64,000 bases of DNA. It comes from Nakamurella sp. (GTDB lineage: Bacteria > Actinomycetota > Actinomycetes > Mycobacteriales > Nakamurellaceae). The stretch covers positions 2,093 through 66,092 of the forward strand of contig NZ_JBMDXT010000162.1 in assembly GCF_048594475.1 (NCBI RefSeq), in the 5' to 3' direction. Positions 1-8,790 of this stretch are shown piece after piece. The notes beneath the pieces are model-generated. The model was not told the DNA's origin, did not search any database, and saw nothing but the letters and a program-made list of their open reading frames with translations. Position numbers and translations under genes: made by a program. Each line of letters starts with the position of its first letter. The stretch's first letter is position 1.

Positions 1-180
1 CTGGTCAGCCACGGTCCGATCGGCAGCGACATCCCGGGCGTCGACGTGGCCGGGGCTCGGGCGGCCCGGGCCATCGTGCGGTCGCTGTTCCGCGAGGACC
101 TGCCGGTGCTCCGCGACCGGCTGTCCGCGTTCGACGTGCACGAGCTGGCCGGCACCCCGTTCGACGCCGACCTGCCGTGA
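1..180 (+). CDS. C-terminal fragment of an unidentified CDS entering from the left edge
   Basis: Frame 1 is open from base 1 to TGA 178-180. Third codon positions are almost all G/C, as in confirmed neighbours. The stop overlaps GTG 177. No family motif is visible in the 59 residues. Confidence 0.4.
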   Translation: MVSHGPIGSDIPGVDVAGARAARAIVRSLFREDLPVLRDRLSAFDVHELAGTPFDADLP

Positions 181-212
181 TCCCCGGGTCGCCGACCCAT
201 ATCATTTCATCC

Positions 213-1373
213 ATGCAGAAAGTCGGCGTGGCGTTTCCGGCCCTGTCCGAGGCCACCCGGGCGATCCTGGTCGACCTGCTCGTGCACGGCCCGCAGTCCA
301 GGGCCGCGCTGGCCCGCCGGTCCGGCCTGTCCCCGGCCAGCCTCACCCGGATGATCAGGGCCTTCGTCGAGTCCGGCACGGTCACCGAATCCGAGGTCAC
401 CATCGCCCAGCGGATGGGCCGGCCGTCCCAGCCGATGGACGTCAACGTCGATCTCGCCCACCTCGTCGGCATCAAGCTGTCCGCCGACCAGTTCGACCTG
501 GTCACCACCGACCTGCGGGCCAGGGTGCTGACCCAGCAGCTCGTCCCCATCGACGACACCGCGCCGGACGCGGTCATCGGGGCGGTCGCCGCGCAGGTGG
601 CCGCCGCCACCGCGGCCGACCCGGCGATCGCGGCGATCGGCGTGAGCCTGGCCGGGCCGGTGTCCCCCCGGTCGATGGACGTGCACACCTCCCCGTTCCT
701 GGGCTGGACCGAGGTGCCGGTGGTGGCGATGCTCGAGGAGGCGACCGGGCTGCCGGTCGTCGTGGAGAACGACGTCCGGGCCCTCACCGCCGCCGAGCAC
801 TGGTTCGGTGCGGCCGCCGGTTGCGCCGACTTCGTCCTGGTGACGATCGGGGCCGGGGTCGGCTGCGGGGTGGTGGTCAACGACCGGCTGGTGGACGGGG
901 TGAACGGCGGCAGCGGGCAGATCGGCCATCTGCCGATCACCGCCGGCGGCCCGCTGTGCGAGCGGGGGCACCGCGGCTGCGCCCGCTCGTACCTGGCCTC
1001 CTCCTCCATCACCCGGCAGGTGTCGACGACCCTCGGGCGTCCGGTCGGCTATGCCGAGGTGCTGGAGCTGGCGGCCGCCGGCGAGGCCGTCGCCGACCGG
1101 GTCGTGACCGAGGCCGCCGAGGCCCTCGGCACCCTCATCGGGATGATCGCCAGCGTGACCGCACCGGCGAAGGTGATCCTGTCCGGCGAGGGGGTCCCGC
1201 TGGCCGCGGCCCGGTTGCCGCGGGTCCGCGAGTTCGCCCACCGGACCCAGCACTGGACTCTGGCCGACGTCCCGATCGAGGTCGCGCCGTTCGCGTTCAC
1301 CGAATGGGCCCGCGGGGCCGCGGTGATCGCGCTGCGGCAGCAGCTGGACCGGGCCGTGCGCCTCGAGGGCTGA
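213..1373 (+). CDS. ROK-family transcriptional regulator (winged-helix + ROK sugar-kinase-like domain)
   Basis: ORF 177-1373, ATG 213 preferred. N-terminal HTH (TRAILVDLLVHGPQSRAALARRSGLSPASLTRMIRAF). ROK core follows: VGIKLS, VVVENDVRALTAAEHWFG, GAGVGCGVV, and Zn motif GHLPI..LCERGHRGC. Confidence 0.85.
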   Translation: MQKVGVAFPALSEATRAILVDLLVHGPQSRAALARRSGLSPASLTRMIRAFVESGTVTESEVTIAQRMGRPSQPMDVNVDLAHLVGIKLSADQFDLVTTDLRARVLTQQLVPIDDTAPDAVIGAVAAQVAAATAADPAIAAIGVSLAGPVSPRSMDVHTSPFLGWTEVPVVAMLEEATGLPVVVENDVRALTAAEHWFGAAAGCADFVLVTIGAGVGCGVVVNDRLVDGVNGGSGQIGHLPITAGGPLCERGHRGCARSYLASSSITRQVSTTLGRPVGYAEVLELAAAGEAVADRVVTEAAEALGTLIGMIASVTAPAKVILSGEGVPLAAARLPRVREFAHRTQHWTLADVPIEVAPFAFTEWARGAAVIALRQQLDRAVRLEG

Positions 1374-1385
1374 CCCGGGCCGGGC

Positions 1386-2177
1386 TCAGCCGGCGCCGGT
1401 CACCCGCGCCCGTCCGGTGGTCGCCCGGTCGCTGGTCGCCCGGTCGGTCCCCTCCCGGTCCGCGTGCGCCCGCTCGGCCTGCCGGCGCAGGCCGTCGAGC
1501 AGCAGATCGAGGCCGGCGCGGAACTGCTCGACGTCGTCGTGCACCCGGAAGACGTCCAGGATCGTGTGCAGGAAGGGGAACTCGGCCGCGTCGAGGTCCC
1601 GCCAGCGGTCGACCACGACGTCCATGTACTGCTCCCGGGTCAGCCCGCCGACGGCGACCTCCTCGGGTGGCCCCTGGGCCATGTCGGCGGCCAGCCCGAT
1701 GACGAATCCGATCACGGCGGACGCCGCGTCGAAGGACTGCCGCGGGGTCAGCCGCAGCCGGAGCACCTGTCCGCCCACCCGCTCGAACAGGCGCAGCGAG
1801 TTCGGCTGGAAGCCGGTGTTGCGCAGGAAATAGGCGGCGAGCCAGGGCCGCTCGACGGCCGCGGCGAACAGCGCGAGCGCGATGCCCCGGATCGCGTCGA
1901 TCGGGTCGTCCTCGTGCACGAACCGTTCGGTCCCGTCCAGGACCGGCTCCAGGACGTGGTCGGCCGCGCGGTCCAGCAGCTCCTCCTTGTTCTGCACGTA
2001 CCAGTAGATGCTGCCGACGCCGCCGCCCAACCGGGCCGCGAGCGCGCGGAAGGTCAGCGCCTGTTCCCCCGCCTCGTCGAGCAGGCGGACCGCTTCCGCC
2101 AGCACCGCCTCCATCGAGTGCGAGGCACGCCGGCGGCCCGGTCCGGACGCGAGGCGGCGCTGCGGCTGCTGGATCAC
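1386..2177 (-). CDS. TetR/AcrR-family transcriptional regulator
   Basis: ORF 1386-2177 (GTG start). TetR HTH: EAVRLLDEAGEQALTFRALAARLGGGVGSIYWYVQNKEELL. Divergent from an MFS pump across a palindrome-rich spacer. Confidence 0.9.
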   Translation of the reverse strand: MIQQPQRRLASGPGRRRASHSMEAVLAEAVRLLDEAGEQALTFRALAARLGGGVGSIYWYVQNKEELLDRAADHVLEPVLDGTERFVHEDDPIDAIRGIALALFAAAVERPWLAAYFLRNTGFQPNSLRLFERVGGQVLRLRLTPRQSFDAASAVIGFVIGLAADMAQGPPEEVAVGGLTREQYMDVVVDRWRDLDAAEFPFLHTILDVFRVHDDVEQFRAGLDLLLDGLRRQAERAHADREGTDRATSDRATTGRARVTGAG

Positions 2178-2225
2178 CCTTGCATCGTATCGAACGCGGT
2201 TCTATAGTTCGAACGATGTTCGGTC

Positions 2226-2242
2226 ATCGAACGTCGTTCGAT
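2226..2242. promoter_or_regulatory. Perfect 17-bp palindrome ATCGAACGTCGTTCGAT, candidate TetR operator
   Basis: Read directly in the 78-bp spacer between the divergent TetR and MFS genes. Further TCGAAC/GTTCGA half-sites lie at about 2188-2222. Confidence 0.45.
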
Positions 2243-2255
2243 CTGAGAGGTTCCC

Positions 2256-3752
2256 ATGACCGCATCCGCCCCGCCGGCCGGCGAGACCGGGACGGCCCGC
2301 ACGTACCCGTCGCTGCGGGCCGCCTGGATCCCGTTGGCCGCGCTCTGCCTGGCCTTCTTCGTCGAGATGGTCGACAACACCCTGCTGACCATCGCCCTGC
2401 CCACCATCGGCCGGGACCTGCAGGGCACCACCACCTCGCTGCAATGGATCACCGGCGCCTACTCGCTCACCTTCGGTGGCCTGCTGCTGACCGCCGGATC
2501 GGTCGCCGACCGGTTCGGTCGCCGCCGCGTCCTGCTCGTCGGGCTGACCGCCTTCGGCCTGCTGAGCCTGGCGGTTCTGGCCGTGACGACCACCGGCGAG
2601 CTGATCGCCCTGCGCGCCGCGCTCGGGATCGCCGCGGCCGCCATGGCCCCGATCACGAACTCGCTGGTGTTCCGGCTGTTCGAGGACCAGGCGCTGCGCC
2701 GGCGGGCGATGACCGTGATGATCGTCGTCGGGATGAGCGGCTTCATCCTCGGGCCGGTGCTCGGAGGCACCGCGCTGGCCCACGTGAGCTGGCAGTGGCT
2801 GCTGCTGATCAACGCGCCGATCGCCCTGCTCGCCGTCGTCGGGGTCCGCCTGGGCGTGGCCGCGGACCGGCCCGACGACCTGACCTCCGATGCGCTCGAC
2901 CTGCCCGGCGCCGCCCTGACCATCCTGGCGATCGGGCTCGGCTGTTACGCGCTGACCAGCGGCGTCGAGCACGGGTGGCTCGCCGGGCCGACCCTGCTCG
3001 TCGCCGCGGGCGCCCTGGCCGCCGCGATCGGTTTCGTGGTCCGCGAGCGGCGCGCCGCCCATCCCATGCTCGACCTGCGGCTGCTGCGGCTGCCCATCGT
3101 CCGCGGGGCGACCGTGGCCCAGCTCGGCACCTCGATCGCGATGGCCGGGGTGATGTTCAGCCTGGTCCTGCACTTCCAGTTCGCCTACGGGTGGAGCCCG
3201 GTGGTGGCCGGCCTGGCCAACCTGCCCTTCATCGTCACGATGCTCGCGGCCAACCCGCTGACCGAGCGTCTGGTCACCCGCTACGGCAGCCGGGTCGCGT
3301 GTCTGGTCGGCGCCGGCGCGCTGACCGTCGGGCTGGCCGGGCTGGCTTGGGCCGTCGACCACGGGTACCTGGCGATCGCCGCCGGCATCGTGGTGATGAC
3401 GTTCGGGCTGCGGACGGTCATGACGATCTGCGCCGTCGGCCTGGTCGACGCGATGCCGGAGAACCGGACGTCGCTCGGCGCCGCGCTCAACGACACCGCG
3501 CAGGAGGTCGGCAGCAGCATCGGCACCGCCCTGGTCGGCACCCTGATCGCCGCCCTGGTCGTCACCGTGCTGCCGCTCGGCGCCTGGAGCCCCGAGCTGA
3601 TCGACTCCTTCTACCGGGGTGAGCGGATCGCGTTCCTGGCGCTCACCGTCCTCGTCGGCGCCGTGGCCCTGGCCGGCGCGGCCACCCTGGACCGCCGCGA
3701 CCCCGGCGGGTCAGCCGGGCGTGACGTCGAGGGTGAAGCCGCGGTCGCGTAG
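2256..3752 (+). CDS. MFS drug:H+ antiporter, DHA2 (14-TMS EmrB/QacA-like)
   Basis: ORF 2256-3752, ATG preceded by GAGAGG. Many hydrophobic spans. DHA2 signatures: LPTIGRDLQ and GAYSLTFGGLLLTAGSVADRFGRRRVLL. Confidence 0.9.
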   Translation: MTASAPPAGETGTARTYPSLRAAWIPLAALCLAFFVEMVDNTLLTIALPTIGRDLQGTTTSLQWITGAYSLTFGGLLLTAGSVADRFGRRRVLLVGLTAFGLLSLAVLAVTTTGELIALRAALGIAAAAMAPITNSLVFRLFEDQALRRRAMTVMIVVGMSGFILGPVLGGTALAHVSWQWLLLINAPIALLAVVGVRLGVAADRPDDLTSDALDLPGAALTILAIGLGCYALTSGVEHGWLAGPTLLVAAGALAAAIGFVVRERRAAHPMLDLRLLRLPIVRGATVAQLGTSIAMAGVMFSLVLHFQFAYGWSPVVAGLANLPFIVTMLAANPLTERLVTRYGSRVACLVGAGALTVGLAGLAWAVDHGYLAIAAGIVVMTFGLRTVMTICAVGLVDAMPENRTSLGAALNDTAQEVGSSIGTALVGTLIAALVVTVLPLGAWSPELIDSFYRGERIAFLALTVLVGAVALAGAATLDRRDPGGSAGRDVEGEAAVA

Positions 3753-4991
3753 CCGCCCGGCCAGGTTCTCCCCGAGTGCGACGGCCGGGGTCAGCACCCC
3801 GCCCCGGCCGGCGGCGGGCCGGCCGTCGGTGGACCGGGTGGCGGCGAGTTCCAGGGCGCTCTGCGCGAGCATGACCGAGGTCGCGGCGTAACCGGGATCG
3901 CCCGGCGCCGCGACCACCGCCCGGTAGCGGGCACCGGACGTGGTGGCCGCCCGCACCTCCAGCCGGAAGTGGCCATCGCGGCGCGCCTGTTCGCTCGGGC
4001 CCTCGCCGGGGGCCGGCAGCAGCCGGTCGACGACCGGGGACAGCCACGGCTGGCCGACCACGGCGCCGACGAGGGCCTGCCCCGCCGTCACCGCGGTCGC
4101 CAAGGCCGGCGACCACCAGGACCGGCCGGCGGCCACGAACTCCCGGTAGCGCAGGGCGGGGCCGTAGCGGTGGTCCAGCAGGGCGTTGCTGCGCCGCACG
4201 ATCCGGGTGTTGTACGGGGCCATGACGAACGGCGCCACCCACGTCCCGTCGGCCAGCCGCGCCGGCGGACCGGCGTCCGATTGCCGGCCGAGGTCGGGTT
4301 CGGCCGCCCGGTCCGGGCTCAGCGCGTACGGGTCGGCCACCACCCGGCGCAGCTCGGGGTGGTCGCGGACCTCCCGGAGCTGCTGGCGCAGCGAGTCGAT
4401 GGTGCCGCCGCTGAACCCACCCTTGGCCGACCGGACGAGCAGGTCCACGTCGGTCAGGTCGCCGGCCCCGTCGGCGGCGGCCCGGTCGGCCAGCAGCAGC
4501 ACGGCCAGGTCGCTGGGCACCGAGTCGAACCCGCAGGAGTGCACGATCCGCGCGCCGGTGGCGACCGCCCGTTCGTGCGCGGCGGCCATGCTCCGGCGGA
4601 CGAACAGCACCTCGCCGGTCAGGTCGGCGTAGTCCGTGCCGGCATCGGCGCACGCCCGGACCAGCGGCAGGCCGTACCGCAGGTACGGGCCCACGGTGCT
4701 GACGACCACGGCGGCGGAGCCGGCCAACGCCCGCACCGACGCCTCGTCCGCGCTGTCCGCCGTCCGGACCGGCCAGTCCGTCCCGAGCCCGTCGCGCACC
4801 GCCTCGACCCGCGCCCGGGTCCGGCCGGCCAGCGCGATCCGCACCCCGGGGTCCGCCGACCGCGCCAGTTGCTCGGCCACCAGCCGCCCGACGAAGCCGC
4901 TCGCTCCGAACAGGACGACATCGAATTCCCGCTCAGCCGCACCCCGCTCGGGGCCACCCCGCTCGGTCATGTCCTGCTCGGCCATCCCCAT
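3711..4991 (-). CDS. Saccharopine-dehydrogenase-like NAD(P)-binding oxidoreductase
   Basis: ORF 3711-4991; the second ATG at 4985 has better GGGAGG spacing. Rossmann motif FDVVLFGASGFVGRLVAEQL. The 3' end overlaps the convergent MFS gene by about 40 nt. Confidence 0.8.
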   Translation of the reverse strand: MGMAEQDMTERGGPERGAAEREFDVVLFGASGFVGRLVAEQLARSADPGVRIALAGRTRARVEAVRDGLGTDWPVRTADSADEASVRALAGSAAVVVSTVGPYLRYGLPLVRACADAGTDYADLTGEVLFVRRSMAAAHERAVATGARIVHSCGFDSVPSDLAVLLLADRAAADGAGDLTDVDLLVRSAKGGFSGGTIDSLRQQLREVRDHPELRRVVADPYALSPDRAAEPDLGRQSDAGPPARLADGTWVAPFVMAPYNTRIVRRSNALLDHRYGPALRYREFVAAGRSWWSPALATAVTAGQALVGAVVGQPWLSPVVDRLLPAPGEGPSEQARRDGHFRLEVRAATTSGARYRAVVAAPGDPGYAATSVMLAQSALELAATRSTDGRPAAGRGGVLTPAVALGENLAGRLRDRGFTLDVTPG

Positions 4992-5221
4992 TGCCTCCCG
5001 CTGCCTCCTGCTGCGTCGCCGGCCGGTCCGGGCCGGACCGTCCGCCGACGTGAAGTACCCATCCGCGAGCAGCTACCCGGCGGGACCCGGCCGCGGATGC
5101 CGACGGTCACCCCGGACCGGCCCTCGGCGCGGACCGGGGGCCGACACGACGACGACCTCCGGCGCGCCGCGGGCGGGCGGTCCGGAGGTCGTCGGGGGTG
5201 GGCCGGAAGCGGCCCGCCGGT

Positions 5222-6919
5222 TCAGGCCTGGGCGGGCAGGACGTGGTCGCCGACCTTGTCCGTGGACAGGTCGAGCGAGCAGATGTAGGCGTCGTGGGTC
5301 TCGCACCGGACCATGTCCGGTCGCTCGTAGTCGATCCGGCAGACGTGGCAGGTCAGCCGCTCGGCGGACGGGTTGCCGTCGGCGTCGAACATCGGCAGGG
5401 CGATGCCGTCGTCGGTGCGCCGCAGGTAGTACTTGCCCTTGGTGACCACCGCCAGCAGCGGGGTCAGCACGATGGCCAGGCCGACCGCGACCAGCGGTGA
5501 ATAGGGCTGGATGGCCGACCCGAAGCCGCCGAAGAAGACCACGATGGACAGCCCGCCGGCGATGACGACCGACCCGAACCCGACCGGGTTGACCGCGTCG
5601 AGCATGCCGCGGCGGAACTCCGGCACGGTCGGCGAGATCTTCAGCAGGTGCTTGTTGACGACGATGTCGGTGGCCACCGTGGTGACCCAGACGATGGCGC
5701 AGTTGGCGTAGAAGCCCAGGATCGTGTTGAGGAAGCTGAACATGTTCAGCTCCATCAGCAGCAGCGCGACGGCCAGGTTGAAGATCACGAAGACCATCCG
5801 GCCGGGGTAGCGCTTGGTGACCCGGGTGAACGAGTTCGTCCACGCCAGCGAGCCCGAGTAGGCGTTGGTGACGTTGATCTTGATCTGGCTGATCACCACC
5901 AGGATCACCGCCAGGCTCATCGCCAGCCAGGGCGGCATCATCTCCTTGTAGACGGTGAGGAACTGGTGGACCGGCTCGTTCGCCGTCGCCGCCTCCGCCG
6001 GGGTCAGGTTGGCGATGATGTAGACCGTCACGAACAGGCCGACGATCTGCTTGATCGCCCCGAAGAGCACCCAGCCCGGGCCGGCCAGCACGACGGCGCG
6101 CCACCAGCGCTTGCGGTTGGCCTCGGTCCGCGGCGGCATGAACCGCAGGTAGTCGATCTGCTCGGCGATCTGGGCCATCAGCGACAGGCAGACGCCGGCG
6201 GCCAGCATCATCGCCGCGAAGCTGGTGCCCTGGTTGCCGTCGGCCCCCTTGAACGCGAAGAACGTCGAGATCGAATCCGGATGGCTGATGACCAGGTAGG
6301 CCATCGGGATCACCATCAGCACCAGCCACAGCGGTGTCGTCCAGACCTGCAGCTTGGCCAGCGCCTTCATGCCGTAGATGACCAGCGGGATCACCATCAG
6401 GGTGGAGATCAGGTAGCCCAGCCACAGCGGGATGCCCAACCCCAGCTGGAGGCCCTGGGCCATGATCGAGCCCTCGAGCGCGAAGAAGATGAACGTGAAC
6501 GTCGCGAAGATGACGTTCGTCAGCACCGAGCCGTAGTAGCCGAAGCCCGACCCGCGGGTGATCAGGTCCAGGTCGATGTTGTACCGGGCCGCGTAGTACG
6601 CCAGCGGGAAGCCGGTCACGAAGATGATGACGGCGGCGATCAGGATGCCCCACAGCGCGTTGACGGTGCCGTGGGCGATGCCGATGTTGGCGCCGATGGC
6701 GAAATCGGCGAGGTAGGCGATGCCGCCCAGCGCCGAGGTCGCGACCACGCCGGTTCCCCATCGGCGGTAGGACCGCGGGGCGAACCGGAGGGTGTAATCC
6801 TCCAGGGTCTCCTTGGCCGCGTCCATCCCATGGAAGTCCTCATGGGTAGGCGGGACGGCCGGCGGAGCGTCCGGCTCGGCCGAGTCCACGGGCAACGGCT
6901 TGCGTTCGATGTCGGTCAC
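5222..6919 (-). CDS. NCS1-family (purine-cytosine/allantoin-type) permease with Cys/His-rich C-terminal tail
   Basis: Inside ORF 5222-7255. Start set at GTG 6919, preceded by GGAGG-N7. Polytopic permease core (LEDYTLRFAPRSYRRW, ITRGSGFGYYGS). About 70-residue soluble tail with CHVC..CETH..C. Confidence 0.8.
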   Translation of the reverse strand: MTDIERKPLPVDSAEPDAPPAVPPTHEDFHGMDAAKETLEDYTLRFAPRSYRRWGTGVVATSALGGIAYLADFAIGANIGIAHGTVNALWGILIAAVIIFVTGFPLAYYAARYNIDLDLITRGSGFGYYGSVLTNVIFATFTFIFFALEGSIMAQGLQLGLGIPLWLGYLISTLMVIPLVIYGMKALAKLQVWTTPLWLVLMVIPMAYLVISHPDSISTFFAFKGADGNQGTSFAAMMLAAGVCLSLMAQIAEQIDYLRFMPPRTEANRKRWWRAVVLAGPGWVLFGAIKQIVGLFVTVYIIANLTPAEAATANEPVHQFLTVYKEMMPPWLAMSLAVILVVISQIKINVTNAYSGSLAWTNSFTRVTKRYPGRMVFVIFNLAVALLLMELNMFSFLNTILGFYANCAIVWVTTVATDIVVNKHLLKISPTVPEFRRGMLDAVNPVGFGSVVIAGGLSIVVFFGGFGSAIQPYSPLVAVGLAIVLTPLLAVVTKGKYYLRRTDDGIALPMFDADGNPSAERLTCHVCRIDYERPDMVRCETHDAYICSLDLSTDKVGDHVLPAQA

Positions 6920-7157
6920 CTGGGAGCCTCCCGGCGGTCGGTGGGGCCGACCGATCAGGCGGGAGACGTCGACGTTGGCGTGGGCTCCGATGGCCGGGGG
7001 AGCGCGGCCCGATGGCCGGGCGCTCGACGGGAGAACGGTAGGCGCGCAGCGTGACGGTGAGATTTCGCTACGTAAACATCCCGCGGCGGACGCCGCACCG
7101 TGCCCGGGGCCGGCCGTGCGCGGCCCCCGGCCCGGGGCGCGTGCGACACTGCCGCGC

Positions 7158-8018
7158 ATGCTGGTCGGTCTGACGCTCGCCGTGCTGGCCGCGGTCGGCT
7201 CGGGCGCGGGTTCGGCGATCGAGGCCCTGGGGGTCCGCCGGGCCGCCCGCCGCACCCGGCACCCCGGTGACGTCGGTGCCCTGCTGCGCGAGCCGGTCTA
7301 TTTCGCCGGCCTGGGCGTCGACCTGCTGGGCTTCGCGTTCACCGTGCTGGCCCTGCAGGTCCTGCCGCTCTACCTGGTCCAGGCGGTGGTCGCGTCCAGC
7401 GTGGCGGTCACGGCGGTGATCTTCGCCCTGATCGGCCGCCCGCTGGACCGGGCCGGGTGGGTGGCGCTGGGTGGGTCGCTGGGCGGCCTGAGCCTGCTCG
7501 GCCTGTCGTCGGAGCCGCACGACGTGCCCCCGCTGGACCCCGTCTGGTACTGGCTGCTGCTCGCGACGGCGCTCCCGCTGGCCGGTCTCGGGCGGGCGGC
7601 GACCCGGCTGCCGCGCACCGCGGCGGCCGTCGTGCTGGCCCTGGGTGCGGGCCTGTCGTTCAGCTGCGTGGCGGTCTCGGCCCGCAGCCTGGACGTGCCG
7701 TCGCCGCTGTGGCAGGTGCTGATCGACCCGGCGATCTGGGCGATCGTGGCGAACGGCGTCGTCGGCACCGCGCTGTTCGCGCTGGCCCTGCAACGCGGCC
7801 GGGCGACGGTCGTGGCCGCGGTCTCCTACACCACCAGCACCGTGGTCCCGTCGGTGATCGGCCTGCTGTTCCTCGGCGACGAGGTGCGCAGCGGCTACGC
7901 CCTCGTCGCCACGGCCGGGTTCCTCATCGCGGTCAGCGGCGCGATCGCCCTCGCCCGGTTCGCCGAGCCGCTGCCCGCACCGCCCGTGGAGCCGGCCCGT
8001 CCCGCCCCGGCCGCCTGA
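7158..8018 (+). CDS. Polytopic membrane protein, DMT-superfamily-like
   Basis: ATG 7158 within ORF 6813-8018; the upstream part of the ORF is Arg/Gly/Pro-rich. About 9-10 hydrophobic helices and a Pro/Ala-rich tail. Family assignment is tentative. Confidence 0.6.
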   Translation: MLVGLTLAVLAAVGSGAGSAIEALGVRRAARRTRHPGDVGALLREPVYFAGLGVDLLGFAFTVLALQVLPLYLVQAVVASSVAVTAVIFALIGRPLDRAGWVALGGSLGGLSLLGLSSEPHDVPPLDPVWYWLLLATALPLAGLGRAATRLPRTAAAVVLALGAGLSFSCVAVSARSLDVPSPLWQVLIDPAIWAIVANGVVGTALFALALQRGRATVVAAVSYTTSTVVPSVIGLLFLGDEVRSGYALVATAGFLIAVSGAIALARFAEPLPAPPVEPARPAPAA

Positions 8019-8100
8019 GCCGGGGCCGGGCCGACCCGAGGCGCACCGACGCCGAACCAACCCAGCCGCGGGACCAAGGCCGGTCCCGGGCCGGGCGGGG

Positions 8101-8790
8101 TCAGCCGCGGCGGGCGGGAATCGGATCGTCGGGCCGGAGCAATCCGCTCTTGTAGGCCACGGCCACCGCCTGGGCCCGGTCCCGGAGCCCGAGTTTGGCG
8201 AAGATCCGCCCGACGTGGGTCTTGGTGGTGCCTTCGCCGACGACCAGATGGTCGGCGATCTCGGCGTTGGACAGCCCGTGCGCGATGAGCACGAGCACCT
8301 CGCGTTCGCGCGGGGTCAGCACGCGGACCTCCTCCGGTCCGGGCAACTCCGACGGCGGGTGCGAGGCGAACTCGTCGATCAGTTGCCGGGCGACGGCCGG
8401 ATCGAGCCAGGCCTCCCCGCCGGCGACCGCGCGGACCGCCGCCACCAGTTCGGTGGGCGCGGCGTCCTTGAGCACGAACCCGCGCGCGCCGGCGCGCAGC
8501 GCCGCGTACACGGCCTCGTCGACGTGGAACGTGGTGAGCACCAGCACCTTGGGCGGATTGCCCGTCCGGTGCACGTCGCCCAGGATGCGGCGGGTGAGTT
8601 CGACGCCGTCCATCCGCGGCATCCGCACGTCGGCGATCACGACGTCGGGCCGGCGCCGGCGCACCAGGTCGACCACCTCGGGACCGCCGTCCAGATCGGC
8701 GATCACCTCGATGTCACATTCCCCGGCCAGCAGCAGCGCGATCCCGGACCGGACGATGGGCTCGTCGTCGACCACGAACACGGTGATCAC
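8101..8790 (-). CDS. NarL/LuxR-family response regulator
   Basis: Receiver domain (VFVVDDEPIV, PDVVIADVRMPRMDG, VLVLTT) plus LuxR HTH (LTPREREVLVLIAHGLSNAEIADHLVVGEGTTKTHVGRIF). 4-nt overlap with the upstream kinase gene. Confidence 0.95.
   Translation of the reverse strand: MITVFVVDDEPIVRSGIALLLAGECDIEVIADLDGGPEVVDLVRRRRPDVVIADVRMPRMDGVELTRRILGDVHRTGNPPKVLVLTTFHVDEAVYAALRAGARGFVLKDAAPTELVAAVRAVAGGEAWLDPAVARQLIDEFASHPPSELPGPEEVRVLTPREREVLVLIAHGLSNAEIADHLVVGEGTTKTHVGRIFAKLGLRDRAQAVAVAYKSGLLRPDDPIPARRG

Noticed and set aside
5-1253. Long antisense ORFs (335 aa and 348 aa) opposite the ROK regulator gene
   Set aside because: The translations are Arg/Pro/Gly-rich with no motifs. These are typical shadow frames of a high-G+C gene. 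The plus-strand ROK frame has clear family motifs.
2180-3622. 480-aa and 386-aa ORFs overlapping the DHA2 pump in other frames
   Set aside because: The products are low-complexity Arg/Pro/Gly. The frame starting at 2256 gives a coherent 14-TMS MFS protein.
6920-7157. TPP or purine riboswitch upstream of the NCS1 permease
   Set aside because: Only an isolated CCUGAUC-like string occurs on the correct strand. The CUGAGA and other conserved boxes are absent, and the UGAGA seen is on the wrong strand.
5073-7255. 562-aa and 468-aa alternative-frame ORFs, and the 112-codon N-terminal extension of the 677-aa ORF
   Set aside because: The alternative frames are Arg/Gly/His-rich nonsense. The extension upstream of GTG 6919 is Arg/Pro/Ala-rich and lacks an RBS, whereas GGAGG-N7-GTG at 6919 fits the permease N-terminus.
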